64,000 nucleotides of DNA. It comes from an uncultured Pseudomonadota bacterium (lineage in GTDB: Bacteria > Oederibacteriota > Muellerivitia > Muellerivitales > Muellerivitaceae). Every line of letters starts with the position of its first letter. Within the stretch, counting starts at the first letter, position 1. The notes under the pieces are model-generated. The model was not told the DNA's origin. It did not search any database and worked only from the letters and a program-made list of their open reading frames with translations. Below, piece after piece: positions 39,045-48,552 of this stretch. Both the position numbers and the translations under genes were made by a program. Location of the stretch: contig CAVYRH010000026.1 of the NCBI GenBank assembly GCA_963770835.1, forward strand, positions 736,001 to 800,000, read 5' to 3'.

Positions 39045-39201
39045 ATGAGAAAGCCCGAAATTGGGGCTAATTTAGGGTTTTTTTTGGGAAGGACTGTAAA
39101 CAATTTTGGGAAGGGCAAACAATATTGTCGGCGGGACAATGGCTGTTGTTTCCGCCGGGAAATGACCTGATCCTTTAAGATGACCTCGCAAAGGGGCGGC
39201 C

Positions 39202-39777
39202 ATGAGAAAATTGGTTTTTCTTTTATTGAAAGGCGTTGGCCTGGGTTTGGGTGTCGGTCTTTGCCTGACGGGAGCCGTGGGGCTTCTCTACCAGGTGGTC
39301 CATAGCGGCAAACCCGGATTTTCGGCGGGCCATGCTCTGGTTTACCTTTTCATTGTCGGCGGGTTAATGGGAATCGTCGCGGGTTGGATATTGGCCCTGC
39401 AAATGATCCTGGAAAACCTGCTTGCCGCCTTGTTCCTGAAAGTCGCCGACCTAGTGCCACTGCCCGCCCAAATGGTGGGGGAGGAATGGGCCAAGAAAAT
39501 GGAAGACTTCTTCCGGGAGATCATCAAGCCCTTTCCGGGATTTTTCCGGAAATTCATCGAGTGGATTTTCATCCTGCGCTTTGAGGATTACGGACGAATC
39601 AACCGGGCCTTGGATAACGCGAAGCGGAAGGGGCATGCGGAAAGGCCCACCACGCATTGGGTTTTGATGGTGATCTTGCATTACCTGCTGGAGCCGCTCT
39701 GGATATTCTTTTACGCGGCCTATGGTATCCTTTTGCTCTTAAGTTGCATTTTGTGGAGCTTAGTGTTTTTTAGGTAA
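39202..39777 (+). CDS. Hypothetical membrane protein
   Basis: 191-aa hydrophobic ORF. Confidence 0.55.
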   Translation: MRKLVFLLLKGVGLGLGVGLCLTGAVGLLYQVVHSGKPGFSAGHALVYLFIVGGLMGIVAGWILALQMILENLLAALFLKVADLVPLPAQMVGEEWAKKMEDFFREIIKPFPGFFRKFIEWIFILRFEDYGRINRALDNAKRKGHAERPTTHWVLMVILHYLLEPLWIFFYAAYGILLLLSCILWSLVFFR

Positions 39778-39794
39778 GTTCCGGGGAAATCGAA

Positions 39795-40841
39795 ATGAAC
39801 AAATATATTTTCGGTAGTCTTTTTCTATTTATGCCAGGATTACTTCATCCAAATGATTGCCCGCAACCTCACACTGGCTCAACCATGAAACTATTGGTTA
39901 CTAACTCGGACATGATTGTTGCAAAGGAAGAGGCGGCCAAAGAAGGTAAAAATGCCGTAGTTTTAAGTGAGGTGTTGAAAAGGTTGGGATATACAACAAA
40001 AGAAAGCCAAGAAAAATTTGCCAGCCAGATTAAAGCTGACACGGGGCTAGATAAAAATCCTGACTATCAAAACATGGCAGTGGATGCATTTGACCTCTCC
40101 CTTTATGGCGATACATCCCTGACCAGTAATCTTTTCATTTTGATGGTTGGAGATTCCTTCGATTCTGAATATTATTATTACTTTTTCCAAAAGAACGGAA
40201 ATAACTATAGCCTTATTAAAAAAGACCCGATTGAAAGTTATTCCAAATATTGTGGTTCGTTTCCCGATAACTACTCTTATGAAGGTAAAGATTATGTTGT
40301 GCTAGTTGGTTCTGGAGGAGGAACGGGTGTTTTGATTTGTGACGCGGAGCTTTATGAAGTTAGTAAAAATAGCGTTAGTAAGATTTTAGAATATACCTTT
40401 TCAGGCCATAGTTTCCCATGGAGACTTGATGAAGAGTTTGCTGCTGGACCAATTACTATTTTTTCCAATAGCTTTGGAAAAACCCTTCAAATGCCTTTTA
40501 AAGTGAGTTTTTGTGTGTATGGTGAAGGGAATCCACAACCTCAAATAGAATTGTTTAGTAAGACTTATACTTTAAATTACGATTGGAGCTTCTTTCATCA
40601 ATCCTATGTATTAAATGCGGCTTCCTCGGGGATTACTTTTAACGTAGAAAAAGATGCTGATTTATATGGATTGGCCTCTACAGTTGTTTTCAAACGATAT
40701 TACGATGAACTAAATAATATTGCTCAGAATGGCAACCCTGCCCAAAAACAGTGGCTTCGTGATTTTTTGGCAGATGATGAAATGAATTCTTTGAAAAACA
40801 CCGCCGATGTAAAACGCCTCGAAAGCTTCTTGGGAAAATAA
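39795..40841 (+). CDS. AT-rich hypothetical secreted protein
   Basis: 348-aa ORF, signal-like N-terminus, GGGTG motif, visibly AT-rich. Confidence 0.6.
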   Translation: MNKYIFGSLFLFMPGLLHPNDCPQPHTGSTMKLLVTNSDMIVAKEEAAKEGKNAVVLSEVLKRLGYTTKESQEKFASQIKADTGLDKNPDYQNMAVDAFDLSLYGDTSLTSNLFILMVGDSFDSEYYYYFFQKNGNNYSLIKKDPIESYSKYCGSFPDNYSYEGKDYVVLVGSGGGTGVLICDAELYEVSKNSVSKILEYTFSGHSFPWRLDEEFAAGPITIFSNSFGKTLQMPFKVSFCVYGEGNPQPQIELFSKTYTLNYDWSFFHQSYVLNAASSGITFNVEKDADLYGLASTVVFKRYYDELNNIAQNGNPAQKQWLRDFLADDEMNSLKNTADVKRLESFLGK

Positions 40842-40871
40842 TTTTTAACCGAAAACGAGTTAGGGCCTTTT

Positions 40872-41651
40872 ATGACCAACTCAAACTATCAAAAATGGAA
40901 ATCCCTCCAGGCGCACTGGGACGACGACGAGTTCCTCAAGTCCCTCACGCCCTTGATGAAACTGCGCTACCGGCGGCTGGACGAGAAGGTGGAGGCTATC
41001 CTGGACGAGAATTTCCATGAAACAGGCGCCATCAAGGGCCGGCCGCTTCTGCTGGATATCGGGGCAGGGCGGGGGGAATTCGCTTTATTCCTGCAAGGCC
41101 GGGGAAGGTCGCGAGTTTGGAATTACCTGGGTTTCGAGCCTTCCGCCGAACAATTGAAACAGCGGGATATCGAGGAATTCGGCATAGGGTTCGTGCAGGC
41201 GGTGGCTGAACAAATCCCGGTTCAGGACATGGTTGCCAATGGCGTGGTTGTGAAAGAAGCCATCGATCACTGTTATGACCCGGCCAAAGTCTTCGCCGAG
41301 GCCAAGCGTCTCTTAAAGCCCGGCGGCGTACTGGTGGTGACCGTCACCAATGACAAGTCCTACTTCAAACGCATGTTTCCATTCATTAACCAGGCGCGGA
41401 AAGCCCAACAAACCGACCATCTCTTCTTTTTTGGGCCCGACGAACTGAAGAAGCTGGCGATCGAGGCCAAGTTTGACAGGGTATCGGTCGAAACCTATAA
41501 TTACCTGAAATTATCCGGGATTTTTGAGCGGGCTTTAAGCTTTTTGGGAACTCCCACCAACCGTGGGATCTTGAACGTGACGGACCTCATTGGCAAAATC
41601 CTCCTGCCGGGGTTGGGCGGCGGAATTATCCTTAGAGCTTCAAAAAAGTAA
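40872..41651 (+). CDS. Class I SAM-dependent methyltransferase
   Basis: LLDIGAGRG, LLKPGG. Confidence 0.85.
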   Translation: MTNSNYQKWKSLQAHWDDDEFLKSLTPLMKLRYRRLDEKVEAILDENFHETGAIKGRPLLLDIGAGRGEFALFLQGRGRSRVWNYLGFEPSAEQLKQRDIEEFGIGFVQAVAEQIPVQDMVANGVVVKEAIDHCYDPAKVFAEAKRLLKPGGVLVVTVTNDKSYFKRMFPFINQARKAQQTDHLFFFGPDELKKLAIEAKFDRVSVETYNYLKLSGIFERALSFLGTPTNRGILNVTDLIGKILLPGLGGGIILRASKK

Positions 41652-41663
41652 ATTCAGATAGCT

Positions 41664-41725
41664 GTCATTGCGAGGAATGCCCGCCGAATAGGCGGGTGGT
41701 TATGACGAAGCAACCCCGGTTTTAA
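41664..41725 (+). repeat. GTCATTGCGAG repeat, single left arm
   Basis: GTCATTGCGAGGAAT-GCCCGCCGAATAGGCGGGT-GGTTATGACGAAGCAACC. Confidence 0.85.
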
Positions 41726-41747
41726 ATTAGTCTTGAAAAGGAAAAGA

Positions 41748-41909
41748 ATGAACGCCGACCTCCTCAATATCCTGGTCTGCCCCGCCTGCGGGGCCGCCCT
41801 GCGCGAAAAAGACAACGCCATCGAATGCACCGCCTGCAAAAACCGCTACCCGATTGAAAACGGCATTCCCGTCATGCTTGTGGACCGCGCCCAAAAACCT
41901 AAAAAGTAA
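41748..41909 (+). CDS. Trm112/YcaR family small protein (53 aa, below the ORF-track cutoff)
   Basis: MNADLLNILVCPACGAAL...ECTACKNRYPIENGIPVML. Confidence 0.9.
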   Translation: MNADLLNILVCPACGAALREKDNAIECTACKNRYPIENGIPVMLVDRAQKPKK

Positions 41910-41951
41910 AAATCGCATTGCCAAGACGCCAAGTCGCCAAGAAAGGCCCTT

Positions 41952-43103
41952 TTGGAGACTCTTAGGCATCCCAAAACAAAATCCAAAAATAAACCTCTTC
42001 ACATCGGCATCGACGCCCGGCTGGCCTATCGGCGGGGTGTGGGCACTTATACCGCCAACCTAATTCTTACCCTGGCAAAGATCGATCGAAAGAATCGCTA
42101 TACCATTTTCAACGCCCCCGACAGCCTGAAAAAACAAACTAAAAATCCCTGCTTCAATTGGGTAAAGGTGCCTTTTCCCAACGCAGCCTATTACGAGCAA
42201 GTGCTCCTGCCGGGCGCCGCCCGCCATGCGGGCGTGGACTTCCTTCATTACACGGACAATTCGGCCACGGCCATCGAGCCCATCCCCTTCATCGTCACCT
42301 TGCACGACACCATGCATACCCGCCCCTTATCCCAGGTGCGTCCCAAGCCCAGCTTCCGGCACCGGCTGGTTTACGGGTATAAGAAATGGGCCATCAACCG
42401 GTCCGTCCCGCGGGCCCGGGCGGTCCTGACGGTCTCGGATTTTTCCAAAGGCGAAATGGTGAAGGGAATGAGCCTAAAGGCCGAAAGGGTTTTCGTGACC
42501 CCCGAGGGCGTGGACCGCCGGGTCTTTAAGAAAATTTTCCGAAAGCCCTCCAAGCTTTTCAAGATTCTCGTCCACGGGGCGGCGGACGAGCGCAAAAACC
42601 TTTCGAATATCCTGAAGGCCGTGAAAATCCTCGCGGACCGGGGGAAAAAATTCCAATTGGTGGTGGTGGGGATGGACGCGGAAGAAATGAAATATACCCG
42701 TTACCTGGAAGAGGTACTGGCACTCGAGGTGGGGGATCGGGTGGAATGGGCGGGTAACGTGCCGGGTGAGATGCTTCCCCGGGTTTATGCCGAGACGGAC
42801 CTGTTCCTTTATCCCTCCCGGCTGGAGGGTTTCGGCCTGCCGGTCCTGGAAGCCTTCGCCTGCGGCGTGCCGGTAGTGGCTTCCAACACCACTTCCTTGC
42901 CCGAGGTCGCGGGGGACGCGGCCCTATTGGTGGACCCGGAGAGCCCCGGGGCCATCGCCAAGGCCGTCCAGCAAATGATGGACAAGCCCGGCCTGCGGAA
43001 ACGCTTCATCCAAAAGGGCCTCCGGCGCGCCAAGTTGTTCACCTGGGAAAAGACCGCGCGCAAGACCCTGGCGGTTTACGAGCGCATGAGGGAATGGATA
43101 TGA
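41952..43103 (+). CDS. Glycosyltransferase family 4 (start uncertain)
   Basis: IGIDAR, TLHD, RKNL, EGFGLPVLEAFACG. Confidence 0.9.
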   Translation: METLRHPKTKSKNKPLHIGIDARLAYRRGVGTYTANLILTLAKIDRKNRYTIFNAPDSLKKQTKNPCFNWVKVPFPNAAYYEQVLLPGAARHAGVDFLHYTDNSATAIEPIPFIVTLHDTMHTRPLSQVRPKPSFRHRLVYGYKKWAINRSVPRARAVLTVSDFSKGEMVKGMSLKAERVFVTPEGVDRRVFKKIFRKPSKLFKILVHGAADERKNLSNILKAVKILADRGKKFQLVVVGMDAEEMKYTRYLEEVLALEVGDRVEWAGNVPGEMLPRVYAETDLFLYPSRLEGFGLPVLEAFACGVPVVASNTTSLPEVAGDAALLVDPESPGAIAKAVQQMMDKPGLRKRFIQKGLRRAKLFTWEKTARKTLAVYERMREWI

Positions 43104-43130
43104 GTTTAAAAATGTGCCGGTTAGCCGTTG

Positions 43131-43163
43131 TTGTAGGGGCGGGTCTTAGACCCGCCCCTACAA
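43131..43163. repeat. GTAG-type REP palindrome
   Basis: TTGTAGGGGCGGGTC-tta-GACCCGCCCCTACAA, perfect 15-bp arms. Confidence 0.8.
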
Positions 43164-43208
43164 AAACTTTCGATCTCCACGCCTTCGCGGTAAAAAAGGG
43201 GTTTTGTA

Positions 43209-44930
43209 ATGGTCTTTAATATTTTCCTGTTCCTAGCCGAGTTCCTCAGCGAGTATTTTTCCATCGGCGCCTTCGCTTTCACCTTGAAGGACCAGGTCCG
43301 CTTCGCGGCATTAGCGTTCGTTTTCATCGCGATCGTCTTGGCCCTCCAGACGGCCATCGTCCGGTGGATCACCAAGGAAAGGGAATTCCCCAAGATCCTC
43401 CGCGCCCTTCTTTGGGCCCACCTGCCCTGGGTTTTCGGCCTGTTCTGGCCCCTCGTCCAAAAGCTTAACTTGCCCGACCCCCAGAACACCCTGGTGCGGA
43501 AGGTGGAAATCCTCCTAGGCGTCATCATCATCACCCATTTGTTCCTTTTCGCCCGCCTGCTTTTGTCCCGCTCCTCCAATAACGGGTGGAAGACGTCGAA
43601 AACCTTCGGCTGGATAGCCGTGATTGTTTTCGCGGGGGCCACCTGCTGGACGGCCACGGTCTGCGACCTGAGCGGGGATGAACCTCATTATTTATTGATG
43701 GCTTACAGCCTGCTCCACGATGGCGACCTAGACCTTTCGAACAATTACGCCAACCGGGACTACGAGCATTTCTACCACCGGGGGGATTTGGAGCCGCAAA
43801 GCCTGGAGCACGTCATCGACGGCAGGCGTTACAGCCACCACCCCCTGGGGCCGGTGCTGCTGGTGCTACCCGGTTTCGCCCTGGCAGGGCGCCTGGGCGC
43901 GGCCCTGACTATGGCCCTTTTGGCGGCCCTGGCCCTTTATTTCACCATGCGCGTCTTGGAGGAAACGGGGGCCCAAGGCTGGCCCCTTCATGCGGTAGGG
44001 ATGACCGGCTTGGCCTCGAGCCCCCTGTTTCTTTTCGCCGGGCTCATCTACCCGGAGATCCCGACCGCCTGCCTTGTGGCTTTGAGCCTCCTCCTCTTCC
44101 TAAAGAAGAGGTGGGCTTGGCTAGGCCTTTGTTTGGGATTGATGCTTTGGATGCACAACCGCAACGTTCTTTTAGTCATCCCTTTTCTGCTGATAGGGCT
44201 CTATGAAATAGGGAAGGCAGAGAGGCGGATTGTGGAATGGGGGAAGCTGTTCGTGGGTTTCGCAATTCCCGTGGCGGCCCTGGCTATCTATTTTCATGCC
44301 ATCTACGGGGTTTGGACCCCCCTGGGGGCGCATAACGAACCCTTCACCTCCCTGTTCCGTTTGAGCCATTTTTGGAACGGATTCTTGGGGCTGTTATTGG
44401 ATCAGGAATGCGGTCTTTGGTTCCATTTCCCCATTTTCGGCATGGCGGTCACCGGCGGGATTATTCTCTTTCTTTCCAAAAATCCCCTGCGCTTTGTCGC
44501 CCTGGGCACTCTAGTTTTCTACTATCTCTTCATGTCGTTTTACGAGAACCTGGGTTTGACCCCCGCTACCCGCTACATGGTGGGTATCACGCCCCTGCTG
44601 TTGCTGGCGCTTTACCCCGCCGTGGAAAGGTTGAAGAAGGGGGAAGGGTGGACCTGGCTCACGATATTTTCGTTTTTCGTCGGCGTTTTCGTGAATTGGA
44701 TTTTGGCGGCGGTCCCCTGGATGCGGTATAACAAGCTGAACGGCGAGAATTGGATTTTAAAGATCGCGGGGTCTTTTCTCCATCTGCCGCTGACCGTGAT
44801 GAACCCAGCCTTCCAGGCCCCTGTCGTCGATTCGAAGACTTATTTAATGAGCGCCTTTACCGTCGGAATAACGGTGATTTTGAGCATCTGGTTTCTGAGG
44901 GAGAAGATAAGGCAGGGCAACCGCCGGTAG
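43209..44930 (+). CDS. Polytopic membrane protein, GT-C-like glycosyltransferase candidate
   Basis: GDEPHY motif in the first large loop, YPE, RY motifs, more than 10 TM segments. Confidence 0.6.
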   Translation: MVFNIFLFLAEFLSEYFSIGAFAFTLKDQVRFAALAFVFIAIVLALQTAIVRWITKEREFPKILRALLWAHLPWVFGLFWPLVQKLNLPDPQNTLVRKVEILLGVIIITHLFLFARLLLSRSSNNGWKTSKTFGWIAVIVFAGATCWTATVCDLSGDEPHYLLMAYSLLHDGDLDLSNNYANRDYEHFYHRGDLEPQSLEHVIDGRRYSHHPLGPVLLVLPGFALAGRLGAALTMALLAALALYFTMRVLEETGAQGWPLHAVGMTGLASSPLFLFAGLIYPEIPTACLVALSLLLFLKKRWAWLGLCLGLMLWMHNRNVLLVIPFLLIGLYEIGKAERRIVEWGKLFVGFAIPVAALAIYFHAIYGVWTPLGAHNEPFTSLFRLSHFWNGFLGLLLDQECGLWFHFPIFGMAVTGGIILFLSKNPLRFVALGTLVFYYLFMSFYENLGLTPATRYMVGITPLLLLALYPAVERLKKGEGWTWLTIFSFFVGVFVNWILAAVPWMRYNKLNGENWILKIAGSFLHLPLTVMNPAFQAPVVDSKTYLMSAFTVGITVILSIWFLREKIRQGNRR

Positions 44931-44951
44931 TGCATCCGTTTGATTTTAGTT

Positions 44952-45242
44952 GTCATTGCGAGGAGCGAACTTCTCGACAAGCTTGAAGCCCTTGTCCCGA
45001 AATTCGGGACAAGGGTAGTTGGCCCAATGGGCCAACTACAACCAAGCTCTCAGTTCATGGGTTGTTTAGGCGTTTGTGTTGATGGTTTAAAAAAGCATAT
45101 TTTAAACTGAGGTTGCTTCGTCATAATCGCCCGCCTAGCCCCATTTCACCTTTGGATTTATTTAAGGAAAATGGGATAACCCCCACACTCCTTTCAGTCA
45201 TTGAATGAAATGTGGGGATTGGCGGGCATTTCGCGCAATGAC
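44952..45242. repeat. GTCATTGCGAG doublet with nested hairpin insertions in both arms
   Basis: Outer arms recognisable; palindromes at 44989-45038 and twin hairpins at ~45138-45218. Confidence 0.8.
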
Positions 45243-45260
45243 CGCAAAAGGAAAGACTTT

Positions 45261-46508
45261 TTGAACATCCTCGTCCTGACGCCGCTCATACCCTATCCCC
45301 CCCACGACGGGGATAAACTGCGTCTCTACCATTTCCTCTCGCACCTCAAGAAACGCGGCCACACGATCGACTTGTTCTGCCTGACGAGGGTTAAGGACGA
45401 TCTCCACTATGCCTCCGACCTCCAGTCCCTTTGCCGGCGCGTCACCACCGAGCATGTGAGCAACCGGGACCTGTTTTTCAACCTGATCGGCGGCCTCTTG
45501 ATCGGGCAGTCGCTAAACGTTTCCAGCCACTTTTCCCCCACCCTGCGGGACAAGCTGAAAGCCTACTGGCAAACCACCGATGGCCAAAAAATCGATGTGG
45601 TGCTGGCCCACCGGCTCCGCATGGCGCCCGCGGCTTTTGAAGGCAATCCGGGCAAGCCCGTGGTGCTGGAACTGACCGACTGTCTGACGGCCTATACCCA
45701 GCAGTTGAAGGAACACCGGGTGTCCCGGTTTTCCCGGCGTTTGGCGGCCGGGTGGGACTATTGGTTCCTGAGGCGGGAGGAAGTGGAGTGGACGGAGCAG
45801 GCTTTTCAATCCACCGTGATTTCCGAGCCGGACGCCCAGGTTTTAAGGGGAGAGGGCGCACCGTTGGACAAAATTACCGTTATTCCGAACGGGGTCGAGG
45901 TGAAGCGGGTCTCCAAAGCCAAGAAAGCCCGGGTTTATCCCGCTAAAAAACAGGTTGTTTGTTTTGTGGGCAACATGGGTTATCCCCCCAATGAGGACGG
46001 GGCCCTTTGGTTTCTCAAGAAGGTATGGCCAAAGGTGAAACAGGTGGATCCTCAGGCAGTCTTTGCGGCCGTTGGCGGCCAGCCCCGGAAAGCCCTCCGC
46101 CGGTTCCATAACGGGGTGGATGTCCTGGTGACCGGCTGGGTGCCGGAAATCGAGCCTTATTTGCTGCATGCCGATCTTTCGGTGGCACCCTTGCGGGTGA
46201 CGGCGGGGATGCAAAACAAAGTGGCTTTGGCCTTGAGCCTGGGTGTGCCGGTGGTGGCAACGCCCGGGGCGGTGGCCTGGATTCCGCTCAAGGGCCGGGA
46301 CGGCGTTATAGTAGCGGAGGGGGAAGATGCATTCGCCCAAGAGGTGACCCAGGTCCTGCGGAAACCCCAGATCGCCAAGGCCGCCGCCAAAAAGGGCCAA
46401 CGATTTGTTTTGAAGAATTACAAATGGAACGAGTCGGGGAAGAAGTTGGAAGCAATATTAAAAAAAGCCGCGAAACAGAAATATTCACCACAGAGTACAC
46501 AGAGCTAA
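45261..46508 (+). CDS. Glycosyltransferase family 4 (TIGR03087-like)
   Basis: PYPPHDGDKLR, IPNGV, FVGNMGYPPN, VAPLR..AGMQNKV; TTG start. Confidence 0.85.
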   Translation: MNILVLTPLIPYPPHDGDKLRLYHFLSHLKKRGHTIDLFCLTRVKDDLHYASDLQSLCRRVTTEHVSNRDLFFNLIGGLLIGQSLNVSSHFSPTLRDKLKAYWQTTDGQKIDVVLAHRLRMAPAAFEGNPGKPVVLELTDCLTAYTQQLKEHRVSRFSRRLAAGWDYWFLRREEVEWTEQAFQSTVISEPDAQVLRGEGAPLDKITVIPNGVEVKRVSKAKKARVYPAKKQVVCFVGNMGYPPNEDGALWFLKKVWPKVKQVDPQAVFAAVGGQPRKALRRFHNGVDVLVTGWVPEIEPYLLHADLSVAPLRVTAGMQNKVALALSLGVPVVATPGAVAWIPLKGRDGVIVAEGEDAFAQEVTQVLRKPQIAKAAAKKGQRFVLKNYKWNESGKKLEAILKKAAKQKYSPQSTQS

Positions 46509-46555
46509 ATCTAAAAAAGTCTTACTCTGTGTACTCCGTGAACGCTGTGGTTCAA
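46485..46555. repeat. 9-nt-periodic inverted repeat overlapping the GT4 stop
   Basis: CACCACAGAGTACACAGAG ... CTCTGTGTACTCCGTGAACGCTGTGG. Confidence 0.8.
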
Positions 46556-46565
46556 GGGACTTTAA

Positions 46566-48455
46566 GTGTGTGGAATAGCGGGTTTCTGCCAATTTAAACC
46601 GGGCCTTTCCTTGAGGATGAAGAACCTTGAGGAGATGACCGCGACCCTCAAACACCGGGGGCCGGACGACAAGGGCTATTACCAAAAGGGCCCGGTGGGC
46701 TTGGCCATGACCCGGCTTTCCATCGTGGACGTCGCGGGGGGGTCCCAGCCCATTTCCAACGAGAACGGCAAAGTGTGGGTTGTCTTCAACGGCGAGATTT
46801 ACAACCACCAGGAACTGCGGAAACCCCTGGTGGAAGCCGGCCACCGGTTCACCACCAACAGCGACACCGAAGTGCTGGTGCACGCCTATGAGGAATATGG
46901 CGACAAGTTCGTTTCCAAGTTGCGGGGCATGTTCGCTTTTGCCCTCTGGGATGAGACCTTCCAGAAGCTCCTCCTGGCCCGGGACCACGTGGGGGTCAAG
47001 CCGCTTTACTACACCACGGCGGACGGGAACCTGATCTTCGGATCGGAAATCAAACCCATCCTTTCGGTGGACAGCGTGCCCCGGCACGTGGATTCCAAGC
47101 AGATCCTCACCCTCATGACCCTTCAGTACGTGCCCACGCCCGACACGCTCTTTAAGGGCATCCGCAAACTGCCCGCAGGCCACACCCTCGTATGCCAAAG
47201 CGGGAAGATCGCCATCAAGCCCTATTGGGAACTGCCCCGCATTTCGGTGCTGTCGGGGGAAGACGTCTCCGCGGGCCAGGAGAAGAGCCTGGTGGAGGAA
47301 CTGCGGTTGAAGTTTTTTGCCAGCGTCAAGGAACAGCTGATGTCGGACGTGCCCCTGGGCGCCTTCCTTTCCGGCGGGGTGGATTCCTCCCTCACCGTGG
47401 CCGCCATGACCCACCAAACGGGCAAGGCCGTGAAAACCTACGCGGTTGGCTTCGAGAACGAGCGGGATTTCAACGAGCTCAAGTTCGCGCAAAAGGTTTC
47501 CCGGCTCTTGAAGAGCCAGCACCGGGAGATCATGGTCAACGCCCAGATGCTGAACGACCTCATCCCCAAACTAGTGAAGTACCAGGACGACCCAGTCATC
47601 GACCCGGCGGTCCTGCCGACCTTCGTGGTCTCCCTTTTCGCCCGGCAGGAAGTGAAGGTGGTCTTGACCGGCGAGGGGGCGGACGAGCTTTTCGGCGGCT
47701 ACCGGCGCTATGCCTATGACCAGCTTTCGGGCCGGATGAAGCTGATGCCCGGCTGGCTCAAGGCGCTGGTGCCCTTCATCACCAACCGCATGAAAGACCC
47801 CTACCGGCAGGCCTGGCACGCCTTGAATAAAGAGGATTTGGTGAAGCGCCACATGGCTTGGTCCCGGCTTTGCCTGGAGGAAACCCTGCAAGGGCTGGCG
47901 GGCGAAAAACTTCTCTATGAGATGGAACATTCCAAGGTCGAGGAGTCCCTGGAGAAGATCTTCGAGGGCGCCGAATCCTACGGTTTCGACAATCTGAACC
48001 TGATGCTTTACATGGACCTGAAAACCTGGCTGCCCGACGACCTTTTGAGCAAGGTGGATCGCATGAGCATGGCGGCCTCGCTGGAGGCCCGGGTGCCCTA
48101 CCTAGACCACCGGCTGGTGGAATTTGCCTTTGCCCTGCCGTCTTCCTTGAAATTGCGGGGAAGCACGGGGAAGTACATCTTGAAGAAGGCCGCAGCCAAG
48201 TACCTGCCGGCAGAAATCATAAATCGCAAGAAAATGGGTTTCGGGGTGCCCCTGGCCTCCTGGTTCCGCAAGGAATTAAGGCCTTTGTTAGTGGATACCC
48301 TGCACTCCGAGAAGTTCCAGAAGCGGGGTTATTTTAACATCGGCAAGACTGAGGAAATCCTGCAGGAACACCTCTCCGGCCAGAAAGACCACCACCTGCT
48401 TTTGTATGGGTTGTTACTTGTCGAGTTGTGGCATCGGAGGTTTATTGACGAATGA
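46566..48455 (+). CDS. asnB: Asparagine synthase (glutamine-hydrolysing)-like amidotransferase
   Basis: MCGIAG, HRGPD, NGEIYN, FLSGGVDSS, GEGADELFGGY, KVDRMSMA.SLEARVP. Confidence 0.95.
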   Translation: MCGIAGFCQFKPGLSLRMKNLEEMTATLKHRGPDDKGYYQKGPVGLAMTRLSIVDVAGGSQPISNENGKVWVVFNGEIYNHQELRKPLVEAGHRFTTNSDTEVLVHAYEEYGDKFVSKLRGMFAFALWDETFQKLLLARDHVGVKPLYYTTADGNLIFGSEIKPILSVDSVPRHVDSKQILTLMTLQYVPTPDTLFKGIRKLPAGHTLVCQSGKIAIKPYWELPRISVLSGEDVSAGQEKSLVEELRLKFFASVKEQLMSDVPLGAFLSGGVDSSLTVAAMTHQTGKAVKTYAVGFENERDFNELKFAQKVSRLLKSQHREIMVNAQMLNDLIPKLVKYQDDPVIDPAVLPTFVVSLFARQEVKVVLTGEGADELFGGYRRYAYDQLSGRMKLMPGWLKALVPFITNRMKDPYRQAWHALNKEDLVKRHMAWSRLCLEETLQGLAGEKLLYEMEHSKVEESLEKIFEGAESYGFDNLNLMLYMDLKTWLPDDLLSKVDRMSMAASLEARVPYLDHRLVEFAFALPSSLKLRGSTGKYILKKAAAKYLPAEIINRKKMGFGVPLASWFRKELRPLLVDTLHSEKFQKRGYFNIGKTEEILQEHLSGQKDHHLLLYGLLLVELWHRRFIDE

Positions 48456-48500
48456 CCTTCAAAATTCAGAAAGAACATTTTTGACGGATTAGGAATATTT

Positions 48501-48528
48501 TAAAGCCCCCGGGAAGCCGGAGGCTTTA
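48501..48528. terminator. Hairpin between convergent genes
   Basis: TAAAGCC.CCGG...CCGG.GGCTTTA. Confidence 0.5.
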
Positions 48529-48552
48529 TGGATTGGCCCGATGCCAATTTAT

